A stretch of 64,000 bases of DNA from Strigamia acuminata (lineage: Eukaryota), in assembly GCA_949358305.1 (NCBI GenBank), contig OX442314.1, positions 11,470,001-11,534,000 of the forward strand, written 5' to 3'. A program made the position numbers and the translations under genes. Positions 1-12,064 of this stretch are shown here, one piece after another. Position 1 is the first letter of the stretch; every line of letters starts with the position of its first letter. Under the pieces are notes generated by a model. It saw nothing but the letters and a program-made list of their open reading frames with translations, was not told the origin of the DNA and made no database searches.

Positions 1-1899
1 GGAGAAAAGATAAGAATTTTTTTCCTCCTTCTTCTTCTCGCTCTCTGCCACACGTTTGACATGACAAAAGAGCCAGTGGACACCTGTTTCGAGTGAAAAG
101 TTACACCTGGCAGCGATCCTGGCGGTGTCTTTGAGAAATTCTGTCTCCAAGCGTGTGAAACTCGATAAAAAGGTGCTCTGGACCACGACTGCCACGCGAT
201 AACACTCGCCATTGCCCCTGCGGACAGTTCTTGTTCGTTTCAACCTTTCTTTCTCACTTTTTTTTGCTTTCTAGTTTCATTTCCTGACATGCATTTTTTT
301 CTTCTTCATTTCTTTCAGACTTTTACCTTCTTCCAATCTGCATAAACGATTCTGGTCCTGCTTTTGATGACAGTCTGTCAAGGATGCCAACGAATAAGAG
401 TCACGAGCACGAAGCATTACAGGTACAGGCGCCATGTTAGATGCCACATTAGTGTCAAGAGAGGATAGTATAATGGCTGTCGACTCATGCCTCATCATCG
501 ACTGTCAATTGAACAACAATTTCCCCCACTGGCAACCATGGACAAACTTTTGATAAAAATGTGAGGTCATAGCAACGACTGTTTGTAGATTGGAAACTAA
601 AGTTTCCATTTTGCTGCTAGTAATTGGAAAATTGCTAAATCTTAATTTCAAAAAAATAATAATAGTAACAATAATAAGCTGCAGTAAAAAAGTTTCTAGG
701 TTGTATCGAATTACGTCCAGGAAATGTGGAATTTTTTAGCATTGCCGCAACATTGTTTATCTTTTGCCCCTAGAGCTTTACTGCAGTTCACGAACTAATA
801 AAATATACGGTAGTCTATAGTAATTCCTCGGATATAAATGGAAGAAATGTTGAAATCAGTTTTTTTCAACAGATTTACGGATTATTATGCATGATCATAC
901 ACTAAGTGCAGTGTGTTAATATTACTTTAATATGATTAAACATGAAGATACTACAAGGTTAATGGTTTACAATATGGGTAAGGAAGCGATACAAGACTTT
1001 TACGTGATTAGTTATTACATAGTTTGCAGCTGATACTTTTCTGTTATAACTGTAATATGTATTGGAAAACTCAGAACGAACAGATCTTACGCTATAAATG
1101 AAAATAGCGCAGCTAATCCGGTAGTTTTACACTATTTATGTTAATAATACGTCACTCACTTGTCAGCTGAAATGCAAATGTATTACTTCAAATTGTTGCC
1201 ATTTGCATTTTTCGCTTCGGAGACGTGTATGAATCAAATGACACTTATTGGAAAGTTAGTTAAACAACAAATGCGGTTACAATTAGTAAAAATGGTGTAA
1301 CATGATTGTTTAGGCACTGTAACATGAACAACTGCTTCGGTGTTCTGATTATAAGCTGCGACTGGATCGTATTTATCCTTTATTTTATCCCTTCAAATCT
1401 TCAAAATTAAGATTGCTTCGCACATGTTGCGTGCTCTTTGACAATAAGTTAGAACAGAAATTTTGACAAAATTGTTATTGTTTACAATAATTGTTAAGTT
1501 TTGTTACTCTCTGCTCGTATTTTCAAGTAATAATGACATTGAGAGCTTTTTAAATTCATTTTCACAACAAAATTGATTTAGAATTATAAATCTAGCGTAA
1601 TTACCCTGAATTAATTTTTTCTTCAGGTCTCTATCGTAACACCCCGTGTTGTAATAGGGACTCGCGCACTAATTGCAAATCTCAACTTTCCACGCGTTTA
1701 AATAGAGATCCGTGGTCTAATGGAGACCCGTGCACAAAAAGAGAAAACACGATACACATTTCACACACTTTTGTTACACTATTTCTAATATAAAACTAAG
1801 GAAAATTGTAAGAAAAAAGTACGTGCCGCAAACTGTTCTTCTAAACTTGTTGAAAGGGTTGACTTGTAGGAGAGCGTGGCCTCACGACCAGATCGAGCA

Positions 1900-2818
1900 G
1901 ACTTGTATTCTTGTGGGCGATGGTGTGGACATCAGGTGTGGGCAACAGGGGCAGCGACCGGTTGGGGTAGAACGGCATCAGAGGCGTCGTGGCGTTGTGG
2001 ACTGGAGCTGGTCTCGTTGCAGCTGAAGAAAGGCAGGCGGACTTAATGTGGCCCTCCTTAATGTGGCATTTTGCGCGTTTGTAACTGCAATCGGATTGGC
2101 GATGTTTCTTGGAGTCACACGAGAGGCATTTCTCAGCACGATTAGACGTCTGCTGCGGGCTGCTCGATTGTTGCGACGACAGCTGCTGACCACGCGTGGT
2201 GGTGTTACCATTTTTGTTGTTGTTGATGCGCTTACCATTTGACGAGGGACCAGGGGCTCTCCAACTCTTTGGCGATGGCCTGCTGGTACGCCTTCACGAA
2301 GGTCAGGTCGGCCTGACCGATTAGCGCTTGCTGGACATTGTCCATCCGCAAGCCCGCAACGAAGCGGTCACACAGCTGGCTCTGTAGCTGATCACCGTAG
2401 TTGCAGTATTTAGAGAGAACATGCAATGCCATGGCGAAGTTTGCGACCGATTCAGCTGGGCCCTGGACACGGGTGTTGAAGCGAAAGCGTTCTGTGGCCA
2501 ACAATGGTTTAAGATGTTGATGGTCGGTCATCGAAGCCATGGAAAATGTCGAAATTTAGGCCTAACAGCGTGGTTCAATGTCGAGTCTCGTTGCCAATTG
2601 TCGTGATCTTCTAACAAGTAAGCTTGTTGAATTGGTTGAGGAGTAGGAGAGAGCAATGAGCAAGCACGACTGACCGGCTTGGTTACATTAGCTAGACTGT
2701 GTTTTTTGATTTTAAACTAAACAAAAGTGGCGCTCCTCAAGAAAAACATGAGAAAAATCTAAACAAAGGGAGTGGAGTAAACAGTCCAAAGATGCAATCA
2801 AGGAGTGGGTTACCAACA
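1900..2818 (-). mobile_element. Decayed, internally deleted Ty3/gypsy LTR retrotransposon (putative 5' LTR, PBS, gag remnant; no pol seen)
   Basis: 2540-2232 encodes HLKPLLATERFRFNTRVQGPAESVANFAMALHVLSKYCNYGDQLQSQLCDRFVAGL, a gypsy gag capsid pattern. In a shifted frame, 2128-2033 encodes the zinc knuckle CLSCDSKKHRQSDC and a damaged second knuckle KCHIKEGHIKSAC. PBS-like TGGCAACGAG at 2596-2587 follows ...CGACA (2599). Candidate LTR TGTTG(2818)...CGACA(2599). The lower boundary is approximate. Confidence 0.8.
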
Positions 2819-5800
2819 TGGGTTATTTTGTTGTTTATAGCGTTAGTTTATCGCGTTTCATAGGACAAAGTACGTTCCTGGCAAAGGTTTAGACAATTGT
2901 GTGATCTTATTTCAATTTGAAAAAAACAAGATTTATCGTGTTAATTGAGATTTTGTCATGCGGTATTCATAAATGTCAGAAAAGTTGATTTCAATATTTA
3001 CCGTTTGTATAAATTTACACATTTCAGTATAAGCACTGGATTGACTAATATTTTAAACCAATTTGAAAATGCAAGAGATATATATAAAGGACACCTATGG
3101 TCAGCCCATGGGCACCGATTCGAGTAATTTGAAAACAACAAACTTTGGCAGATTATTTTTATTGTTTTCAGCTGCAATTAGCTATGGACATCAATCTGTT
3201 TTGAAGCCCAGTGCACCAATTCGACCCACTTGTCTTTTTTTCTGCTCAAACAGGGATGAGGCAGTTCTGATTGACGTTTCTGGCCTTGAAATCGTGAGAT
3301 TGTAAATATAAAGTTAAACAAGAAAGAAAAATTCTAAAGCTAACACGAACACGTGGATACTTGTTTGAAATATTATCTGCCTGGCTAATCTTCTAAACAA
3401 GAATTATGATGAAAACCACAGATTACTCAGTATGGATGTGCTTTGCTATTTTATTTTGAAAATATCTCGCCTGATTAAAAGCTTCCAATAACCCGCTCTG
3501 TCCATGGTGATAGCAATTCAATTCGTACAGAGCTAAAAATGGATAATATTTACAAATTGATGATATTTATATGAACTAATTGCAGGTAAATAAAATATAT
3601 GTTGCTGTATTGCAATAAAAACGTTGAATAAAAAAAAAATTGGATCGATGTCACGTAGAGGGCGTTGGCAGAGGTCACGTGGTCAGCCGCCATGCCAAGT
3701 GCAAATCTCTGTTGAAGCAAGATGAGTGATGGTTGCTGTTACTTAATCCCTAGCGACTACCTAAATGGCCAGAAATGAGTCAAACGACGAATCCTCACCC
3801 AAAATAATACACAATTAGGAGAATTAAATTTTCAGTCTCCACTGCTTTAGGTAATTAATTCCAATCCCTTGGAGTAAATCTGCAACAAACATATATTAAG
3901 TAAATCGTTGTTGAAGTGACAATTACTGGAAATTATTATTATTGGAAATAATAATTGGCAAATGTAAACTTAGATCCGAAAACGGTAAAGCCATGCAGGA
4001 AAGCCAAGTTAGCCTGCAACAGCAACACCTTGACTATCCTTAAACAAGAAAGTGAGTAAAATAGTTTTAAATATAAATTTTAAATACAGGTAGTTTGTTT
4101 CAATTTTTTGGTTAGTTAATACAGAGTTGAGGATTTAATTTGGGTCAGCGCATCGTGTCCTTTTTTGAGTGTTTCTCACGCATCTGCAATCAATGTTTGC
4201 GTGTGAAGCTTGCGGTCATTACTTGGGCAAGGGCCAGGCGCGTGTTTCTACCTGGCCATCAAGCGACTGACGGATGGCGAGGTCCTAATCAATAGAGTTG
4301 CCCATCCCACTCGGCTCACCTGCCTCACCCCCAGTACACTGCAATCTCGAACCAAATTTCTATCTGCTCTTGACATCTACTAATTAGTGATTTCATAAGA
4401 GTCCAGCTAATGTTGAAAATGTTATTTTAGCAACAAAAAATTATTTTTAAAATAGTGTGGCTTAATGATTTTCGAAATAATGTAATTTTTTCTTGCTGCA
4501 TATTTTTGGTAGATTTTCGCATTTCTCACCAGTGGTATAAACATTACAAAGTCCACAATTTAAATATTTCAAAAGATGATGATTTTCAATGTCTATTTCC
4601 TTTAGATTGAGTGTCTAGCATCTTACTTGTTTTCTTGTAGTGTGGCTACTTCTATTTCTTTCTCTTTCATCAACTTACTGCTGCTGCTGTCTGCTGTAAT
4701 TGCTTCTGAAGAGGTACCTATATATTTTTCTGTCGTCTCAGACGACTCAGACCTTGTGTGCATTTTTTCTTTCATCTGTGCTTTTTATTTTCAGTTCAAC
4801 TTGTATATCAACTCCCAATTTATGACATTATTTTCTTGTATATGAAATGGTAATTTTGTTTACTTAAATTATGTCTAGTTTGTTTTCAGGGCCGTATTTT
4901 GGAAGAATTAATTTGGAAAAAAACTTTTGACATTTTAGATGCATTTTCTTTTATTTATTCGTATTTTTTTTAAAAAACAAATTAAAAAAATGGCCCTAAA
5001 ATGGCAAATCCAGTCCTGTTTGTTTCATTTAAGTGTTGTTCCAGAGCTTCAAAGAGACGACAGGGATGACGTCACCCTTTTAGCACTTTTCCCATTTCGC
5101 CTCGCGATTCTAAAATAAAAGAAAAGTGTTTTCCTGTATTCATTTAATTCATTTAATTATAGATTGATGTTGTCATGCAACAAGGAAAAATATAAATTGG
5201 GAAATTAAATTCCATTTGATATCGTAAAATGATGGAACTTGGTATGCAAGCTTAGTAATTGAAACCATTCTGTAATAAAAATGAAATAAAAAGTATTTCT
5301 ATTTTTATATCTTACAATTTTTTTTCCGACTTGAAACAGCAAACGAAGGGACAGGTATTACATAATATTATGTAAAATTGCTATTTCTTTATTTTCAGAT
5401 TCTTAAAAACAAGAAATTAGATAGTAAGGTAACTTAGAAACGCAATTAATTTTGACAGGAAGTGGGGCATGGGCGAGCCAGAACAGCAATTTGGTTGCTG
5501 GGCAGCGTCCACTTTGCTCGGCATTTCGAATGGCGCGCAAACCGGATGGATGATGCGAAGCAAATCAGTGAAATGGAAAGACACACGCCGCTCGTGTTCT
5601 CAACTGCAAACAAACACGTGTAACAAAGGGACGGAAATGACCGCTGCGGACGTAGTCTCGCTTAGTGACCAGCTGGGCCCTTATTAACAGCGTGCGCACT
5701 GGCCAATCGGACAATGGCACACCGTTGGTCTGTTGCCACAGAGACGATCATGATGGGTCAATTAGAGTCGGCTAAAGCGGGGGCGACGAGTTTCCGCATT

Positions 5801-6574
5801 ACCCTGGGAACATTGACCATCGGTGGTCGTCTGAGCAAACAGAAATGCAGGACGAGGGAGGATGACAGACGGACGCGTGGCAAGGGTGAACCAAATGATG
5901 AGCAATGAGGAAAATTAAGCGGCCTGCTAAAAAACAGGATGGATATGTCTGAATCAGGCGTTCTAGGGGGTCATTGAACAGGTGAATGCTGCAACACATG
6001 TTATTGCGATTCAAATAAAAATCACAAATGTCAAAGCAACATTTGTGTGTCCAAACGAACAGTTGAATTAGAAATTAAAGCTCAATAAATCTGTAGTTCT
6101 CTTAGCAGTCGTTTATAAATTCCCTTTTGTCATATCCTCTGTTTAAAAGTGTGCCTTGGGTAAGAAATAAGCTTGGCAAACTCACTTATCTCTGTCTAAG
6201 AGCATGTCAGCATTAATAAGGCTTTTGATTCCACTCTGCAACAAGAGATAGGCCTCTATGACGCCTGTAATCCTCCCACTTTTGCTCCTTTTTTCTTTTC
6301 CCTTCAATCTTTGCCCAACCCCTCTATTAGCGTCAAGCATATTGTAGTGCTTTAGGGAGAAAGGAAGGATGGATTATCGATTCAACCTTACCTGGAATTA
6401 CCTGACTGTAATTTTTGTCCCCGTGCGGCCACGCGACCCATTAAGATCACAGCTGTGACAACTGCGGCTACACCCACGTTCAAACTCCTCTTTCCGGATA
6501 CTTATTTTTCCTTGTACTCTATATATATTTGTAGTTTAGTTTTACTTAGGAAAATAAAATGGACACGAATTTTT

Positions 6575-9500
6575 TTTTTAAAACCATGACAATATATTTA
6601 TTGAGTTGACAGTAGTACTTGGTACAATCTGACAAATATGGACATCATAAATACATAATTTCTTAAGCTCTACTCATATTTGGTACATTACATGTACAAA
6701 TATCAAATAAATAAACAGGGACAAACACGAACGACTCAGCAATAAGTTAGGCTCCAGCTCCTCGAAATTTTTTTTTCTCTCTCTCTCTCTTTCTCTCTTT
6801 TTTTTTTATTTATTTAATTCTATTAATATTTTTTTCTTTTTTTCCTTTTGTAATTTTTTTTTTATTATTAAAGAAAAATGAATCATGTGTTTAGGCCTAC
6901 AACATGCACCTTGGTGTTACTATCATCAATTAACAAAGCTAAATCATGAGTAAATTAAGACCAAAATTGGGGGAAAATTGGTGCACTTTTTTTCTATTTT
7001 TTTTTTTAAAATAAAATAACGCCACACATTTTTCTTTAATTTAGAAAAGGAAATAAATCAATAGGATTACGATAATAGAATTTACAAAATTTGTTTGCAC
7101 GACCAAGAACAAAGAGAAAATTTGCAAAGTTCATAACATAAAAACAATAACGCAGACAGAAAAAAAAATAACTAACAAGCCACAAACCGGCACCCAAGAT
7201 GAAATTACAAAGAAAAAAAAATACATAATAAACAACTTTTCTTTTAGTTTTTATGAAAAAATCGTGAATGGCAAATTAAACAAAAGAAAATCGAGCAAAT
7301 GGAATTAAGAAATTAAAAAAAAAGAAATAACACAAAATTGAAAATAAGTCGAAAATATCGAAATTGTGGATTATATAAGATAACACACAGTATATTTTTT
7401 GTACAAAATAGGTTGTTGGCAGAAGAGGGATCTGGTTTTAATTTAATTTAAGTTTTATATCCATAAATTATTCTTGTTGCAAAGTTTACACACCACTGTG
7501 CTTTAATTCCTAACTTTCTGTACTGGAAGTTTATTTATTAGAAGTGATCTAGTTAATAAATTTATCACAGTTTTATAAAATGATGTGTCTGACAACTCTA
7601 GGAATGATTAATTAGTGTTAATAAAAGATTTTTCCAGGTTTTTCTTTTACCAATTACCACCACAAATGGTCACCTGGATCCAGTAAGTAACTCAAAGGAA
7701 ACAAGAGATGTCATTGTGGTGGTTTGGCAATATCAAAACGAAATAAAATTACAATTTAGAAAAATTTAGTAATTATCAACAAAATCCCAATTTCTAGAAA
7801 TTAAAAACCTGGAAGATCTTTTCAATTTAGGAAAAAAACACTATCAATTAACTGGATATCCCACAAACCAAGCTCAGCTTAAAAAAATCTGATTACCTGA
7901 GAGGTACTTCAATTTTTTTTACAAAAAATAAGCCAAAAAAACCTAATAGGAAACCAAACAGTGTTGTTTAATCCAGTTTTTATAGTTAGTTAACTAGGAC
8001 CTTCAACACAAAAAAGCACAAACAGGAACCAAAAAAATTAGTGATTTTCCAATCCTGAGAAAACTAGATTATGGCCCAATTCTTCCTAAACCATAAAAAA
8101 TTAGTTAACTGAATAAAATGATTATCAACCCAACACCTACAATGCAAATTACTTTTCTTTAAATCTATTTACATTCCAGGTTTTTTTTTTATTTAATTTT
8201 TTTAACATTATTAAATTAAATTATTAATGTTAATTTATTACGTATCTACATATAAAAAGTTTGTCAACTCATAAGCCTACATCTAATGCTTTAAAAAATG
8301 GAAATGTAGGAAACCCTGTGTATTAATATTATGCCAGGCATTACGAAAACAAGGTTAAACATCTAGGTTCTTACCTTATTCCTAAAATTTTTAGAAATTT
8401 CTATTTTGGTTATTTCATAAATAACCCTATGTCCGTATTTTTTTTTAAAAAAATTTTCTTTTAATTTTTTAGTTAAATCCCCATTTAATATTCTTTGAAA
8501 AGATCAAAAAAATTATAAATTTGTCAGTTTAATTGACCTTTAGAACTGAATTCATCCAATCTTTTCTTTTTTTTTCTTTTCTTTTATGGCTTTTAAGCCG
8601 CTGTTATTATTTTCTAGATGCTTACCTTGTAGATAAGTGATTTATCACTGAGATTAGATCCGTATCGCGATCCAAATCTCAATTCATTTTCTCTTTAAAC
8701 AAAATAAAAAAAAATATATAACTCTAATCTAATAATATACAAATTGAATTAAATATTTGTAAATTTAAAAAATAATAAGTAATGCAACAAATAAATTTAG
8801 TAATGAAAAGGTAGCTTCTTTTTTTACTCCTCGTATTAAATGTAAGTTACCTGAGTTTTGATCCCTCTTCTCCATTAAACCATTAAATTCTCACCAAAAC
8901 AAAAAATTAAAATTAACAAAAACTCACAGCAAACAATATTTAAAAGAAAAAACAAGGAACGGTTTAAGGAATACAAACTGATTTGCACAAACGTGTCAAA
9001 ATCTATACAGATTAAATACAAAAAAATCCCAAATCTAAGATAGGTATTGTCTCATCCGGCAAAGAAAGAGCAAAAAAAATAAAGAAAAGAAAAAACACTT
9101 TTATGACAAATTTTAAACAAATTACCAAGTCTTATTAATTCTTATTTTTTATACAAAATACATCACGTCTTAAAAATGAGTTCCAGGGAGAAAAAGGAGC
9201 AAATTATTATTATTATGATTTTCTGTTTCATGTTCTACACAAGAAAATTATTGTCACCACCGTTACGAAGCAAAATGATGTAACTTTTTTTCTCTTTCAA
9301 ACTTTTATGAACTCCCGGCATACTTAAAGCTGGTTCGTAACACATTTTGGTCGCTTACTGCAATCAACTTCAGTTTGAGTTTTGTTTATAGTATACAAGA
9401 CCTTAGGTTCATTCATTTTCAGGTAGTAACAAATTGGGAAAACCTCTTAAAAAATGATAATACAAATCAAACAAAATCAAATTAAATTAAATAAACCCAC

Positions 9501-12064
9501 AGATATTTAATTGTAATTTCAGATTTTTTTTTCTTTTACATATTCAAGTGATAGATCTGTGGGTGTACATTTTTTAAAAAAAACTACCAAATCAAACAAA
9601 AACTGACATTTCACAGGCCATTTTGTGCATCCACAGACAGAGCCTCTATTGCACACAAGACAGAAGAGGAAAATAAGGATACGGATTTTAAAAAGAGTGA
9701 ATTTTTCATTTCGCTCTTCTAACCCTAAGGAATCATCCTATGAAGCTTGTTTTTATTTTAATAATATTTTTTCTTTCTGTAAAAAATTTCTTTTAATCTA
9801 AATTTTTAAATGTAATGAAAAAATTAACTATAAAAATGATTATCAATGGTAAAAATTTAGTGGATGATGATCAAAAACAAACAAGCGAGAAAAAAAGCAA
9901 ACAAAAAAAAAAGAAAGAATAATTTTTTTTTCACAACAGACAACAACTTGGTCAAAATGATTGAAAGAGAGATCGAATTACTTTTACAAATGACAAAAAT
10001 TCACTATGGTAATATAATGTGGAAAATGGAAGAAAGATTTAAAAATAAGACAAAAAGAAAATTGTGAAATAACAAATCCTATGTATTGTAATAATAATTA
10101 TACAAGCTTGCTCACTCTCTATTATCATTTTTTTTTAATACTAAAAAACGGGAGGGAAAAAATATTTTTCAAAGTTTTAAGTGAGTGTGTACATATGTAC
10201 AAATATCGTATGATGGAGGCTCGCAGAGGAAAAATTCTATACAAAACTACAACAATCGGGAGACCTAACTTTGGTAATTTTTTTTTTCTTTTTCATGTAC
10301 AATTTTTTTTTTATTTTTCATTTAAAAAAAAAATTGTGTTGCTTTGTCGATTTTACAAATGACACCACCAAAAAAATGACAGGAAAAACCACGATACAGA
10401 CATGCCTAAACGTGCACACGAAGTGATGCGGACGCCTGACTGGGTGAACCCCACCGATGGACACTGCCGGAGGGAGCAGTTTCACGGCTAGTGACAAAAC
10501 AAGTGCATTAAGATGGTGAGCAAATGCACTTCTTGGTCAACAGAGACCAGCAGGTGATAAAAATAAAAATGGAGTAGCAAAGTGCCTTTGCAATGATATG
10601 CACTGCGGGACAGTGAACAACGAACAGCTACCACAAATATTACTTTTTTTCCTTTTTTTTCCACAAAAAAAATTATAATTATTATTTTTTAAATAATTTA
10701 TTTATTTATTTATTTATGTATTTTACTAGAAACCAATATGGCGTCTTATAGTGCATCACTCAGTGTGTGTCACAAGGTGAGGCATCCCTTTATTTACACA
10801 ATCATTTAGTTGAATGCTCACAACAAATCGGGTTTGAGCCTGTGAGATAACAAACAACAAAGTGAGAGGTCAAATATACTCAAAATTTTACCAGCAAGAA
10901 AAACAGAAAAAATTTGTTTTTACTACAAAAAAACCTCCTGAAATGGAAGCCATATTTTTTTTTTCTTTTAGAGTTTAAAAAGTCAATCTACTGTGATTTT
11001 TCCTTTACAAAACCATTCATTTTATCATGTACGTGTATCAATCAGTTTTTCTTTTTCTTTTTTTAATTAATAATAATAATTGCAATAATAATAATAATAA
11101 TAGTTAATCAATAATAATAATAAGTAACAGTTGGATAGAAAAACATCAATTTCACCTCAAAAATGAATTATTATTATTATTATTACTCAGTATAATGATT
11201 GTCACTTCTCACAAAAAGGGAATGATGATATACAATATTTTCTTACAATTTCAATGTAAATTCAAAAAAAAAATCTACTTTTTTCTTTTTTAAAATTATT
11301 ATTATTATTATTAATATGTATATAATAATATCTCTTTCCATTTCATTTCTACCTTTCTCTGCTTTGCCATCTTGGCTTGGCCAGGACAGGATCAAAATGT
11401 CAACAAAAATCACGTATTTTGACTGGTATTATTTATTTTTTTAAAAAAACACAAAATGTTACGAGAAAAAAAAATTCATCGGAAAAATTTATTTCAGATA
11501 TTCTTTTCTTTTAAAATCCAATTAATCAATCATCCCAAACATAATAATAATTAATAATAATAGTAAAAAAAAAAATATAAAATAAAAAAAAAAACACGAG
11601 AATTGTAAAAAAAAAAAAAAAAAAAAAAATCTTTCTCTTCAACTTTACACAGAAAAAAAACTAGCGGACATAAATGACCAAATATACGTCGATGTTATTT
11701 CCCTTTTTCTTTGCTGCCGAGGCATTTGTTTTACATCGGTGCTCGTACGATGGTTGGCAAGACGGTGGTGGTGGGTGATTATGGTAAGACGTAACAGGGG
11801 TGGCGCCACCATCTTGTTTTTATTTAGTCGTTAAATAATCACGAGGTGGCGCCGCACCCCACTCTCTAGCTCCATTGAATTATTAGAAATTGCTTAAATT
11901 TTTCCTTTTCTTCTTTCTGATTTCATTAAATTGTGTTTCGTTCCTTCTTTTCTTTAAATTTTAAACTTGTCGCTCTTACCGTGGTAGAGCGCGGCTCCCC
12001 GTGCGTGTGATGCTGCAGAGAAGTACGAATCAGAGCCCCATAATACCGGGCGGCTGGGCAAGTC
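6575..12064 (-). other. Putative long (~5.5 kb) AU-rich 3' UTR of the BCL11-like gene
   Basis: Continuous U-rich sense-strand sequence after the stop codon with no recognisable transposons. It carries many UGUA motifs near the distal end, and AATAAA at 6602-6597 where the composition changes. The end point is inferred. Confidence 0.55.
6597..6602 (-). terminator. Candidate distal polyadenylation signal AATAAA
   Basis: Plus-strand tttatt. On the sense strand it is preceded by a UGUA cluster (6620-6700) and followed by GU/U-rich sequence (gtgtccattttatttt). Confidence 0.45.

Noticed and set aside
319..422. Plus-strand exon-like segment (tttcag|...CAG|gtacag, open frame FYLLPICINDSGPAFDD...)
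   Set aside because: No homology recognised and no partner exons could be linked; unsupported without RNA data.
4627..4780. Minus-strand open segment ending in a GTAAGA donor (MKEKMHTRSESSETTEK...)
   Set aside because: No good acceptor or recognisable product.
5690..5775. Peptide GQSDNGTPLVC resembling the trypsin GDSGGPLVC or integrase SDNG motifs
   Set aside because: Short, flanked by stops, with no other motif of either family nearby.
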